A stretch of DNA of 64,000 nt, taken from assembly GCA_041653535.1 (NCBI GenBank), contig JBAZFH010000002.1, forward strand, positions 7,209-71,208, read 5' to 3'. A model generated the notes under the pieces. It saw only the letters and a program-made list of their open reading frames with translations. It did no database searches and was not told the origin of the DNA. The translations under genes were made by a program, and so were the position numbers. Source of the DNA: Patescibacteria group bacterium. GTDB taxonomy: Bacteria; Patescibacteriota; Patescibacteriia; JACRDY01. Below, in pieces: positions 9,248 to 19,900 of the stretch; position 1 is the stretch's first letter, and each line of letters opens with the position of its first letter.

Positions 9248-10522
9248 TTAAACCTTTTTATCTCCTGCTTTTAGTTTAGCATAAACCGCGGTCAAATGAG
9301 AAACATATCGCGAACAAAGCTGCTGGTCGGCTAACCGCCGCTTGATCGGACTAAGTTCCAATATCACTTTTAGCATCCGGCGCAGCAACTCATATGTCCA
9401 GAGAGAATAATTATCAAAAATTAAATTTTGCAGCTTGCCGTTTTCTATCGCACCCAAAACAAATCTCTCAAAGCTGTTGTTTGGCACAAAACGCGTATCG
9501 GATCGGCGCACCATTTCCATCGCTTTAGTCGGACAAAATCTGGTACAAACACCGCAGCCGATACAGTGGGCAATATCTATTTCCGGTTTTTTGTGGTTTA
9601 TTTTTATGGCTTCAACCGGACAACGTCTGGCGCACATACCGCAGCCGATACATTTGTCGCTACTAATCTGCGGAAAATAATTGCTATTGATCGCCGGTCG
9701 AGTACCGAGTTTTTTATAAGCCAGTATCGCCTCGCAACAACAACCGCAACAATTACAAATCCAGGCAACTTTATTTTTGATATTATCGCCAAGCTGCACT
9801 AAGCCCAATTTAACACATTTGTCCAAAATCGCTTTTGCCTCTTCTTTGGTGATTTTTTTAGCGACACCGTGTTTGGACAAACTTTCTGCGGCGGTATTAA
9901 ATGTCAGACAAACATCTTGCGGCATTTGACACGCTTTACCCATGTGCTCCATTTTGTGCCGGCAATAACAAGTACCAACGGTGATACACGAAGCGGTGTT
10001 GATCACCTCTGTCGCTTTTTCGTAATCTAGTATTTCTGTTTTGGCTTTTTCTGATAAAGCGTCTTCTTGGACAAAAGTGCGGGCAATCGACGGATCTATA
10101 GCTAAAACTTCTTTAACAAAGCGATCTTCAATATTTATGTATTGATAATATAGTTCGGACAAAACTTTGCGGTCGAACCGACCATCAGTACGCATAATAG
10201 AAAATTCAAAAAACCCCGCCATCGTCGGGGCTAAAATATAATTTTGTTCTTTGCCATTTTGGATATCAAGAAAAAGTCCTTTGTCGGCCAACGTGTCCAA
10301 AATAGCCTTTGCCTCGACTTCTTTCTTTTTCCAAATCTTGGCCGCTTTTTTAGCAGTAAAAAGGTTGATCGGCAAAAACGAAACCAGCTCGGCTTCTTCC
10401 GGGGTAAACAAAATCTCCAGAATTTTAAAAAGCGTCTCTGAACTCGGCGCGCCTTGCGGCGAACGATCCAGCCGACGCTGTAAATCCAAATAATTTTTTG
10501 AAGTCTGATGACCCATAAACAT
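9248..10522 (-). CDS. 4Fe-4S dicluster ferredoxin-domain protein
   Basis: CIGCGMCARRCP and CIGCGVCTRFCP plus CYCRH and ICNCCGCCC. Confidence 0.85.
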   Translation of the reverse strand: MFMGHQTSKNYLDLQRRLDRSPQGAPSSETLFKILEILFTPEEAELVSFLPINLFTAKKAAKIWKKKEVEAKAILDTLADKGLFLDIQNGKEQNYILAPTMAGFFEFSIMRTDGRFDRKVLSELYYQYINIEDRFVKEVLAIDPSIARTFVQEDALSEKAKTEILDYEKATEVINTASCITVGTCYCRHKMEHMGKACQMPQDVCLTFNTAAESLSKHGVAKKITKEEAKAILDKCVKLGLVQLGDNIKNKVAWICNCCGCCCEAILAYKKLGTRPAINSNYFPQISSDKCIGCGMCARRCPVEAIKINHKKPEIDIAHCIGCGVCTRFCPTKAMEMVRRSDTRFVPNNSFERFVLGAIENGKLQNLIFDNYSLWTYELLRRMLKVILELSPIKRRLADQQLCSRYVSHLTAVYAKLKAGDKKV

Positions 10523-10564
10523 TGACCACTATTTTCTAAGCATGAACAACTGCCTCAAAACCAT

Positions 10565-10783
10565 CTATAGTTTTTCTATTTCCTTTAAATCTTTATCCGG
10601 TAAGTACAAAACGACAAGACCAATAATAACACCAACGATAGCCGTCCACACATGACTACCGCCAAAAAGCCATTTATCAAATCCGTCTAAAACATACCAA
10701 ATTCCGCGCCAGATCAAAACCAAACTAACGGCAATGGAAATGTTTTTTGCCAAATAGCCTAGGGTTATTTTACGTTTAAACAT
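10565..10783 (-). CDS. small membrane protein
   Basis: WRGIWYVLD; two TM segments. Confidence 0.65.
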   Translation of the reverse strand: MFKRKITLGYLAKNISIAVSLVLIWRGIWYVLDGFDKWLFGGSHVWTAIVGVIIGLVVLYLPDKDLKEIEKL

Positions 10784-10784
10784 A

Positions 10785-11204
10785 TTATTTTATTGACTTA
10801 TTTAGTCGCGCCAAAATCCAGCCTGCCAACAAACCATCTATCAGACCCATAATCGTCCAGGTTAAAATCATTACTAAGGGTAGATTAAAACTGGAAAAAT
10901 TAATTAGAAAAGCCGGGATACCACCGACAAAAAAATAAATTAAACCAAAGTTCAGACCGTTATAAAAAACGCTTTTACCAAATAATTGCTTGGTCTTATC
11001 CCAAACAAAAGATAGACCGAAACCAAGTGCTATTGGGTAGAGAAAAAAAAGCATCATGATTGGGTCCTGCCAAGGACGAAAAACTGGATTCATGTAAGAC
11101 TCTTTCAACCAAGGAAAGAGGGAGCTAAAAATCGGGTTCAGCGCCATATTAATAACTACCATGACCACGCCGGCGACTAACCCAGTCCAAAATACTTTTT
11201 TCAT
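10785..11204 (-). CDS. 4-TM membrane protein
   Basis: Hydrophobic ORF coupled to its neighbour. Confidence 0.7.
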   Translation of the reverse strand: MKKVFWTGLVAGVVMVVINMALNPIFSSLFPWLKESYMNPVFRPWQDPIMMLFFLYPIALGFGLSFVWDKTKQLFGKSVFYNGLNFGLIYFFVGGIPAFLINFSSFNLPLVMILTWTIMGLIDGLLAGWILARLNKSIK

Positions 11205-11391
11205 AGAAGTTTTTTTAATATTAAGCCAATATAGCTTATCTTAACTTATTAATTCATAAATTAAATCAGCTAGTTAAAACCCAATATTTTTTTGGCAATC
11301 AATACTAATAAAATATAACTTAATTATACTGATTTTACAAGGAAATCTCAATAAATAAAAGCAGAAACCTACTGGGATATTTTTTACCTGA

Positions 11392-12183
11392 TCAAATCTT
11401 GGCTTTGATTTGAGAAATAATTTTTTCAGTTTCGAATTCACCAATTTCAACGATCTTTTCACCGGAGTCTTTAGTAAAATATTCACGCCAACTGGAATAT
11501 CTACCAAGCGGCGGTTGAATAATAAAATCAGCATCATGCATCGAATATTCCGCCAAATAATGACGCATTATTTCCTGGGTCCTTTCCGCCACCAGAGTAA
11601 AGCCAATTTTTTGCGGAGCGACACCTAACGAGTTTTGAGAAAAATCCAGATTAACCGCAATAATCACTTGCGCACCCATACTTTTTAAATAATTATCGGG
11701 TACGGGGTTACTGACACCACCGTCTACCAAAACACGATTGCCAAAAATCACCGGTCGAAAAATGCCCGGCACTGCCATACTGGCACGAGCGGCAAATGCC
11801 AGATTACCTTCGCTAAACACCACTTGCTCGCCGCTAATCAAGTCGGTAGCGTTAATCCGGAGAGGAATCTGAACATCGGCAAAAGTTTTTTTATCAAGCC
11901 AACCATCAAGCATGGCTTCGATTTTTTCTCCTTTGACCAGACCGCCGCCTAATGTCGGTTCCAAAAAACTTAACAACTTTTCTTTTTTTCTGCCAACCGT
12001 AAATTCAGCGGTTTTTTCAATATCGCGATAAAGCGCAAAATGCGCCGCTACCCAAGCGCCAATACTGGCTCCAGAAAGATAGTCAATCGGAATATTGTGA
12101 CGCAAAAGCGCTTTAATTACTCCGATATGCGCCAGTCCTCTTACTCCGCCGCTGCCAAGGGCTAATCCAACTTTTTTAAACAT
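11392..12183 (-). CDS. patatin-like phospholipase (RssA-like)
   Basis: GSGGVRG, GASIG and DGG motifs; start at MFKKVG. Confidence 0.9.
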   Translation of the reverse strand: MFKKVGLALGSGGVRGLAHIGVIKALLRHNIPIDYLSGASIGAWVAAHFALYRDIEKTAEFTVGRKKEKLLSFLEPTLGGGLVKGEKIEAMLDGWLDKKTFADVQIPLRINATDLISGEQVVFSEGNLAFAARASMAVPGIFRPVIFGNRVLVDGGVSNPVPDNYLKSMGAQVIIAVNLDFSQNSLGVAPQKIGFTLVAERTQEIMRHYLAEYSMHDADFIIQPPLGRYSSWREYFTKDSGEKIVEIGEFETEKIISQIKAKI

Positions 12184-12307
12184 AAAAATAAAACATCTTC
12201 TGTACATACAACACTACGCCCGATTATACCTTTTGTAAACCCAAATAAAAAATCAGTACTATTGAAAATAATACCGACTTTTTATTGGTTAAGTTATAAA
12301 ATAAAGC

Positions 12308-12718
12308 TTATCTCCAATTATTTTTCCATCCATTCGGTCCGGAGTCGTAATCGTTTTGTAGCTCGCTGCTGGCTTCTTTGTTTTTTGGTCTTTGCAGCTC
12401 TTCAGGAGTAGGATCTGCTTCGCCGCAATCAAGCGAATCGACTTTGACTAGCTCTGACTGCGGAACCTCGTCTCGATGATAAGCAAGATAATGAACGGCG
12501 AGAAAATTGGTCTGCTCTCCATTGGGTAACGTGTAATCACAGTTCGTGCTACGTGCTCCACACTTACAAATATGTATGCCGCGATAACCAAGACCTTCTT
12601 TGCCCTGCCGAAGAGCGGCAACCATTTTCCTGGTATACCTATCAATAACCGGCTCGGAGGAAGTTTTCGCAGAGGGCTCGATATAAAGAATTCCCATGTC
12701 TGTAATCATATTAAACAA
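12308..12718 (-). CDS. hypothetical protein, possibly Zn-binding
   Basis: GYRGIHICKCG...HYLAYH. Confidence 0.6.
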   Translation of the reverse strand: MFNMITDMGILYIEPSAKTSSEPVIDRYTRKMVAALRQGKEGLGYRGIHICKCGARSTNCDYTLPNGEQTNFLAVHYLAYHRDEVPQSELVKVDSLDCGEADPTPEELQRPKNKEASSELQNDYDSGPNGWKNNWR

Positions 12719-12881
12719 TACTTAATATTTAACATTTAAAAAAATATTATCATCATCAACTACTATTTTCTGCGCTTTGCTAATTTTCACATATCCAACA
12801 TTATCACTAATTATCCACCTTGTAAATAAAAAAATCCCCGCATACACCACTAAGGGCGAACGGGGATGCTGATAGCCGTGC

Positions 12882-13646
12882 CTAGCGACGGCTATAATGA
12901 ACGTCTTCCATCTGAAAAGCCGGGGAGCATACACATACTACGACAAGGTCTTCCGGAGATTCGTTGACGAAGCCATGTTCCGTTCCGGGATTGACACGCA
13001 ACCAATCACCGGACTGAATCGGCACAAGAGTTCGATTGATATTGACGAATCCTTTGCCCTCAACCACGTATGCGAACTCAGTGGTCCGCTTATGATAATG
13101 AGGTTTCTTGCGCCGCATCAGATCACTGGTAACCCAGCCTAGTGCCACACTCAAACCAAGATGGGAAAAATCATATGAGATAATTTTTGCACCGTCAAAG
13201 CAATCTTGCGGCTCAGACAAAAACAACTGGGCGGGGGATTTTTGAACAAACGATTCGTCTTTAATTATCTCGACGTCAGCGGGGTTAAACGGGGGCAGGG
13301 CAAATACCAGATGTTCCAAATATCCACCGCCAATATTTTTGAGCATATGCGGAACACCGGGCAGAATGTCAAAAGCGCTACCAGCGACTACCCGACGACA
13401 AACATCGTCCGGTTTCGAAACATCAAACAAAGCTTCTCCGTGACCCTTGGTGATAACATAAATCTCCGTCATCTCTCGATGTTTATGCAAAAGAGATTCA
13501 GCCATCGGATTCATAATCACGTGTGCCATTGACCATGTCGGCTGTTTTTCCACTTCACGCAGTACTTGTCCGCAAACATTCGCGGCGACCGGCAGTTTTC
13601 GCACCTTTACCAAAATCAACGAATCCTTAGGTTTCCGTCGTATCAT
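12882..13646 (-). CDS. bicupin (two cupin_2 domains)
   Basis: LHKHREMTEIY...PGVPHML and PHYHKRTTEFAY...PGTEHGF. Confidence 0.85.
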   Translation of the reverse strand: MIRRKPKDSLILVKVRKLPVAANVCGQVLREVEKQPTWSMAHVIMNPMAESLLHKHREMTEIYVITKGHGEALFDVSKPDDVCRRVVAGSAFDILPGVPHMLKNIGGGYLEHLVFALPPFNPADVEIIKDESFVQKSPAQLFLSEPQDCFDGAKIISYDFSHLGLSVALGWVTSDLMRRKKPHYHKRTTEFAYVVEGKGFVNINRTLVPIQSGDWLRVNPGTEHGFVNESPEDLVVVCVCSPAFQMEDVHYSRR

Positions 13647-13754
13647 AAAAAGCTCCTTTTTTGTTTTTTACGTACCACTAACTAATTATTCACTGATGTC
13701 ACGACAAACACTAAAATTTTAAACAAAAATCACAAATATATTCGGCAACCGATA

Positions 13755-14495
13755 TCACGCTTTTTTTATCTCAATTTTTAACCTTTTTGCCAGCTTACTG
13801 CGGTGATGCCGGTAAAAATATTCCAGGCGACTAGCTGCTTTATGCGCTTTAGCATAAATCTCGGTATAGTTTTTATTCACCCGCAACGTGCCGTTTCTAA
13901 TGTCAAAACAGTGCCCGGCAGACATTATTCTTCTCTCATAAAGTTCGTGTAGCAAAACAAATTCTCTTTCGGCGGGATACAAACCATCATCAAGCCAAAT
14001 TTCTTTATCGGGAATAAAAGAATAAACCCTGTCATGACCACCTTCGGTAAAATCAATATAGTAAAAATCACGAACCAATTCCCCTCGTACCACCCAGACA
14101 TTAACCTTCTTACTATACTCTTTTAATAATTCCTTATGAACACTGGCGACTAATTCTTTTTTATTCTTTCTAAATTTTTCTAATTTTTTAAACAATTTAG
14201 ATTTTTTTCTTTCTAACAATTCAGCTTTACCCGCCGCATCCATAGCCACGCATCGGCTCTTGCCTTCCACCATCAGCCGGTACTCCGTCAACATTCGGTA
14301 AATATAAAAACGCACTTCGCTTTGTTGCTGCTCCCGGTCGATCCAAAATTCATCCAACGGAATACTTTTGCAGGTATAATGATGACCGAAATTGGTAAAT
14401 TCTTTATCGAGGTTGGTTCGGATATATTGACCGTCTACTAACCAGATACTTATAACACCTCTGTCGTCAATCTTTTTTAAATACGGCTTTTTCAT
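13755..14495 (-). CDS. hypothetical protein with an internally duplicated domain and HExxE motif
   Basis: IWLVDGQYIR..EFTNFGHH..IP.DEFWID repeated as VWVVRGELVR..DFTEGGHD..IP.KEIWLD; LLHELYE...AH. Confidence 0.7.
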   Translation of the reverse strand: MKKPYLKKIDDRGVISIWLVDGQYIRTNLDKEFTNFGHHYTCKSIPLDEFWIDREQQQSEVRFYIYRMLTEYRLMVEGKSRCVAMDAAGKAELLERKKSKLFKKLEKFRKNKKELVASVHKELLKEYSKKVNVWVVRGELVRDFYYIDFTEGGHDRVYSFIPDKEIWLDDGLYPAEREFVLLHELYERRIMSAGHCFDIRNGTLRVNKNYTEIYAKAHKAASRLEYFYRHHRSKLAKRLKIEIKKA

Positions 14496-14605
14496 GTGGT
14501 TTAACTCTTTCGTCTAATTACGCCCGTTTTTTAAAAAAATAAATTCCTATCTATGCGTAGCACATTTATTCGTAAAAACTCCACACTAAGCAGGATGTAA
14601 ATGGG

Positions 14606-14767
14606 GACGATGTCCCGAAGTTTGAACCGAGAACACGGCTAAGTTTCGCGTTTATTGATAAAAGTATACAGCAATTAAGGGCTTATTACAAAATTCATCC
14701 GGAATGGTTTGAGACACCGAAGCCAAAATCAGTTAAGGGTAAAAATGAGGTGGATTATTCGGTTTGA
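14606..14767 (+). pseudogene. start-less coding fragment, copy 1 (putative recombinase C-terminal tail)
   Basis: Open frame DDVPKFEP...HPEWFETPKPKSVKGKNEVDYSV*, homologous to 25322-25492. Confidence 0.55.
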
Positions 14768-14807
14768 TTATTAGCAAACACTCCTATTAAACTTCACCCC
14801 ACCACAG

Positions 14808-16172
14808 TTACTTATTGTGGGATTGCTTTTTGTGGGAGTAAATAAACCAAATCACGGCTATTACAGCTACTAGAACATAAAACCATAGAAATAAATGGGA
14901 AGTTGATAGACTCATTGATATTGTTTCGGGAATGCCGACAGCTGCGAAAATGGCAAAGTGAGTAAGATGATTTACGTAGAAAGTCGCGCTGACATCATCA
15001 AAGATTGCGTCGGAAACAAGTTTCCATTCGTTTGAATCATCATCGAGGTAATATACACCCAAGTCATTGCGATCACGCAAATTTTCAGGAATCACAAGCG
15101 TAATTTTGATCGGTTTATCAAATTGATGAACCACCTGACCTTGTTTATTGACTGCTGTGATATCAAAAACAGTTCCCAAGAGAGTTGTTTGGTCGTTTTG
15201 TAGAGAAGCGACAGTATCGGCTGTTGCCAGCCTAACTGAAACCGTAAGGATATCAGCTGATACTTCTTTTGGCAGCTCGATAATCACCGCCTGTCTTTTT
15301 GATTCTTGAGCCATTTCCGGCGTAGTAAAATCCCAGACCAGAAGTCCGCTTTGCTGAGGTTCTACAGCGAGCGGTGCGTTAAAACTTTCCTGATGATTTT
15401 CTTCGGGTCTGTCTGTTGGTAATTGTTTCTGTAAGCCCTTAAAAAATTGAGTAATATTTTCACTTGTAGGTTGACTATTTTCAGAGGTCGATTTGGGAAG
15501 GCTGCCATCGATTTGCATCTCTTTGTTTATGGACGGCTCAGTACTCGGCTCATTATTCGGATTTATTGGATTTTCCGATATAGGCTCAGTCGGAGAACTT
15601 GGCTCTATAGGGGTTGTCGGAGCAGAAGGACTTCCCCCACTTCCACCTCCGCCGCCAGTTGCCACGCATGATCCGCCCGATACTATATATCCGCTATTGC
15701 AGGTAGCCGGACCGCAGGTTGGGTAGGCATTATAGGTAGCGGCATTGGAAACTACCGGACAAGCCGGCCGCCAGTCAGTCCGCACATCGCAATAAGTCGG
15801 GCAGTCAAAAGTCATGGTGCCTATAAGATCGCCCGTGGCAGTTCCAGAGAATTTACCGTTTGAGGTGTTTATAGAAACGCTGCCAAAATTAATCCAGCCT
15901 AACTGATCGCCCCAGGCATAACCAGACAAATCACCATTATCATTTAAAACCCCGCCATTTGGCGGATCAAATCGTATCCAACCGAAATTTTTAGACCAGG
16001 CATAGCCGGTAAGTGCGCTGTCTGAAATAGTTACACTTTCAAAATTGATGTAGCCGGTGTTATTGCTCCAAGCGTATTTGTAATCACCAGTGATGTTAGC
16101 GGTCAACAAAAAAGAAACCGGCAGAAAAATGCCGACAATAATTAATAAAAATGTCGGAATTTTTGTTGCCAT
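14808..16172 (-). CDS. cell-surface protein (YAWxxxGWIxF repeats, Pro/Ser linker, C-terminal TM)
   Basis: YAWSNNTGYINF / GYAWSKNFGWIRF / GYAWGDQLGWINF repeats; VNHLTHFAI; TM anchor. Confidence 0.75.
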   Translation of the reverse strand: MATKIPTFLLIIVGIFLPVSFLLTANITGDYKYAWSNNTGYINFESVTISDSALTGYAWSKNFGWIRFDPPNGGVLNDNGDLSGYAWGDQLGWINFGSVSINTSNGKFSGTATGDLIGTMTFDCPTYCDVRTDWRPACPVVSNAATYNAYPTCGPATCNSGYIVSGGSCVATGGGGGSGGSPSAPTTPIEPSSPTEPISENPINPNNEPSTEPSINKEMQIDGSLPKSTSENSQPTSENITQFFKGLQKQLPTDRPEENHQESFNAPLAVEPQQSGLLVWDFTTPEMAQESKRQAVIIELPKEVSADILTVSVRLATADTVASLQNDQTTLLGTVFDITAVNKQGQVVHQFDKPIKITLVIPENLRDRNDLGVYYLDDDSNEWKLVSDAIFDDVSATFYVNHLTHFAIFAAVGIPETISMSLSTSHLFLWFYVLVAVIAVIWFIYSHKKQSHNK

Positions 16173-16177
16173 ATAAA

Positions 16178-16921
16178 TTATTTTCCGGAGATAACCAAAA
16201 TGTCGGCATCCGGTTTACCTTCGCCCTCGGGCAAAGAAGAAACTCTGCCACCCAAAAGACCGGCGATCTGGCCTGCTTCCTTGCTGTGCGCGCCGGTTAA
16301 ATCAATTACCAAAGTTTCCTTATAATCTTTTTTAGAGGCATCGCCCGAGACGCCAGTCTGATAGAGCGGGTAAGTCTTTTGCACCAGCTTTTCAGATTCA
16401 CCAGCTAGTTCAATGGATTCCGTGCCATTGTAATAAGCGATCTTCAATCCGGTCAGAGCAACGGTTGCCGACTTCTCTTGCTTAGCAACATCTTTCTGAT
16501 CAATAAAAATTGGCGCAACATTGATAATTTTGTTGGTGGATGGCCGATAGAGAATGGCTTGCATTGCCTTGGTATAAGCCAAAAGCTTGTCGCCATTTTC
16601 AGCTTTTGCAAAAAATGGCTGGTCTTTTAGTTTGTCTTTATCCATAATTGTTGCCACGGTTGGCGTTTCATCTGCTGGCAACTCCATTATTTTACTAACC
16701 GCAGATACTAAAGTTTCGGTTTCTTTTTGAGCCTCAATGTCTGGATTGGCTTTAAGCTGGCGATATCTATTAGAGTAATAAATTGATGTGGCAATTCCGC
16801 CAACGGCCAAAAGAATTATAACAACTGCCAGCCAGCGTTTTACTGCTGGGTAACTTGGAAATTTAGGCTTGCTTAATTTTTGTGCCGCATCAATACTAGA
16901 TACTTTAACGTTCTTAAACAT
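16178..16921 (-). CDS. membrane protein with LytR_C-like C-terminal domain
   Basis: TM, then KIAYYNGT...LAG...YKETLVIDL...ADILVISGK. Confidence 0.7.
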   Translation of the reverse strand: MFKNVKVSSIDAAQKLSKPKFPSYPAVKRWLAVVIILLAVGGIATSIYYSNRYRQLKANPDIEAQKETETLVSAVSKIMELPADETPTVATIMDKDKLKDQPFFAKAENGDKLLAYTKAMQAILYRPSTNKIINVAPIFIDQKDVAKQEKSATVALTGLKIAYYNGTESIELAGESEKLVQKTYPLYQTGVSGDASKKDYKETLVIDLTGAHSKEAGQIAGLLGGRVSSLPEGEGKPDADILVISGK

Positions 16922-16950
16922 ATCTTTTATTTAATAATAAATTACTTTTA

Positions 16951-19900
16951 TTATTGCGCAACATCGCCATTATCTGGAACTGGGGCAGGTTCAACTGCAG
17001 GCTCTGGAGTTGGTTCGGGTTCTGGGGCGGGTTCTTCAACAACAGGAGCTGACTCTGGTTCAGGATTGGGTATTGGCTCGGGCACGGGCTCTGGCGCTGG
17101 AGTTGGTTCAGTAATAGTTTCTTCCGGTTCTTGCTCTGGTTCAGAGTTTGGTGTTGTTTCTGCTTCAGGTTCGGTTGGTGCTAACTCTTCGGGAGTAGTT
17201 ATTACTGGCTCTGGTTCAGGAGTAATTTCAGATTCTGGGGCTTGTGTTGCTTCCACAACCACGGTAAATGCATTGCCCTTTTGGGCAAATACATGCCAAT
17301 CAAAAGTTATGTCGCTTGTTTGAGCAGAAGAAATGTTAACGGTAAATCCGTTTGGCGTTTTATTATTAACAAAGAATGAAACAGCCTGGTCTGGCGTTAT
17401 AGTGATTGCGGGTTTTTCTGTGTATGGAGTTGCAAATGTAATATTTGCTGAAGTTTGACCAGCCGTTATTATGGCCTCTCCAACCGTATCTTCGCCTAAG
17501 ACTACATGACCAATAACTGATAATGCTCCAGAAATTGTTAATTCGTTTAAAGAAATAACCGAAATACCACCGGAACCGCTCTCGCTTGCCAAAGTTAATT
17601 GATTTTGAATTTCTTCAATCTCCTTTTGCTGGTCTTGAATGGCCTTTATTGCCAGTACACTTAACTTAGGATAGTCAACACCGCCCAAAACCGCCACACC
17701 ATTTTCATCATAATTATAAGTATTGAGCAAAGGATCAACTTCGGCTACTTCTTCGGCAATCAAACCAACTTGCTGTTTGTCCATATCGCCGGATAAACCA
17801 TGATATGTGTCTTTGTTCCAGTAGTAAGTTACCGGTCGCAACTTCATTGCTTCATCTAAACCAAAATGTAAATCTTCAACATTTGTTTTGTAAACGCCCA
17901 AAGAAGAATTACAAGCACTAGCAGAATAAGTAATACTTCCGCCGTTATTACACAAATAGCTCGTTCCAACACTCGAGCCCAAACCATTTATTGTTAAACC
18001 GCTAGCGCCGACATTCATAGTTACTCCAGCCGCGGCAGAATCAAAAACTAGAGGAGTTTGCCAAGTGGAGCCGTTCCAATACGAAATACCAAAGTCATTG
18101 CGTTCACTCGTTGTTGAATACGCGTCTCCGCGGCCATACAATTGCCAGCCTTTCGTGCTTGCACCACTCAAACCAGAGGTATTTCCACCTTTAGTTACAA
18201 ATTCCAGATTAACGGCTGAGTCCCCCGCGGTTCCGGCTGTGCCTAAAATTTCCGAACCCACAATGTGCAATGCGGCTTGAGGAGCTGTCGTCCCGATGCC
18301 GACGTTGCCATCATTGTAATAAAGCGCCGTGCCATTACTTGTCCATTGATCCGCGCCTTCAACCGCCGGATAAAATTTAACGGTTACAGTATCATATCCC
18401 TGGGTCACCCTATAATAATTACCCTTTTTTATCGGTACCATGGCCGCGCCATATTTCGTATAGAGATTTTGATCATCACCTTGGCGCCACACAACAGTTT
18501 CGGGCGGATTGGTTGTGCCGACATAAATATACAAATCATTCATGTATGATCCGGAATAAACGGCACTCAAATAACCATCCGTGCCTGCTTGATAAATGAT
18601 ATCCGTAACCCTTGTTTGCCCATTGGCATAGTCAGGAACACCCATCCCTCCTCCACCATCTCCACTGCCGGTTCCTCCGATTACTCGCCAATAGGAAGTC
18701 GCCGCCGTTCCGGTTGAATCGTATTGCAGCGTCACCGAAGCATTAGCGGCAATAGTCAAATCCGCGTCGGTGCCAGTCAGAATTTTGTTGCCATCGCTGG
18801 ATGATGCGGAACTGTTGGAAAGAGTTACGGCGTTCGCCGCGTCCACATTCATAAGAGTAAGAATTTTCCCATCCGCTCCGCCGGCGATACCGGTAATCGT
18901 TTGAGCTGTGCCTGAAGTATCCAGTTTGATAAGCGACACATTGCCAAAATTCACATTGTTGGCTGATCCGGCAGTGGTGTAGGTCGTTCCGGCTTTAAAA
19001 GCTACCGCTCCCTGGATGTCCATTGAAAGTCCGGTTCCGGAATTGGCAATCGAAAGTCCTTTAGCACTGGCGCTGGCGTTACTTATATTTAAAGATAAAA
19101 TATTTCCTGAAGCGCTGGCGCTTGAAGTCGCCAAATTCAAAAGTCCTCCACTAGTGAGAGTATTGCCAGTCATTGTGAGACCAGTTTGTGTCGTTGCCGT
19201 TGACCAAGCCCAAGTGTGAGCATAACTTCGATTATCCAAAGATCCATTGGCGGTCGCGTCAACCAAACTACTTAACGCCACACCGGATGAAGCGGTCGAG
19301 CCGATTTGAGTGATCGATGCAAAAGATTGCCCTCCCATTATTGTTCCAGAGCCTGCAAACGCAACCAGTTTTACTTGCTGATTTGTTGTTGGCGTATAAA
19401 TAATGCTACCCGATTTGCTCTCATAGGCGGCGGCTGAATTACCCATTCCTGTATTTGCAACTAGGTTAGTAGCACCATCATTGTCCCGCCAAGCAACATC
19501 AAACTGAGCTGAATTACTAGTATTACGCAAACTATATGAAAGTTCATAGGTTTTTCCGGCAGTCAAAGTAAACACGCCTGTGGAAGTATTATAAGGAATA
19601 TTACCGCTAACCTGTGTATTGAACAGAATTGTGGTGCCGTTACTAACATCCTGATTAGATGAGCGTGTGACCATTATATACTCCACTGTACTAACCACAT
19701 TCGTCCCCATGGCCGACCAGCCCTGAATCGGGATGGAAACATGCAATGAAAAACTTCTGTTTGCGGCATTCTCAAACCAATCAGAGCCAACCACATAATG
19801 ATTTTCTGAGTATTCTTCTGTCTGAGCAATATTTAATTTATTTGGTGTTGCTCCTCCCCACACATACGCTGTCAGTATTTTTCTATTTTGATCTGTTGTT

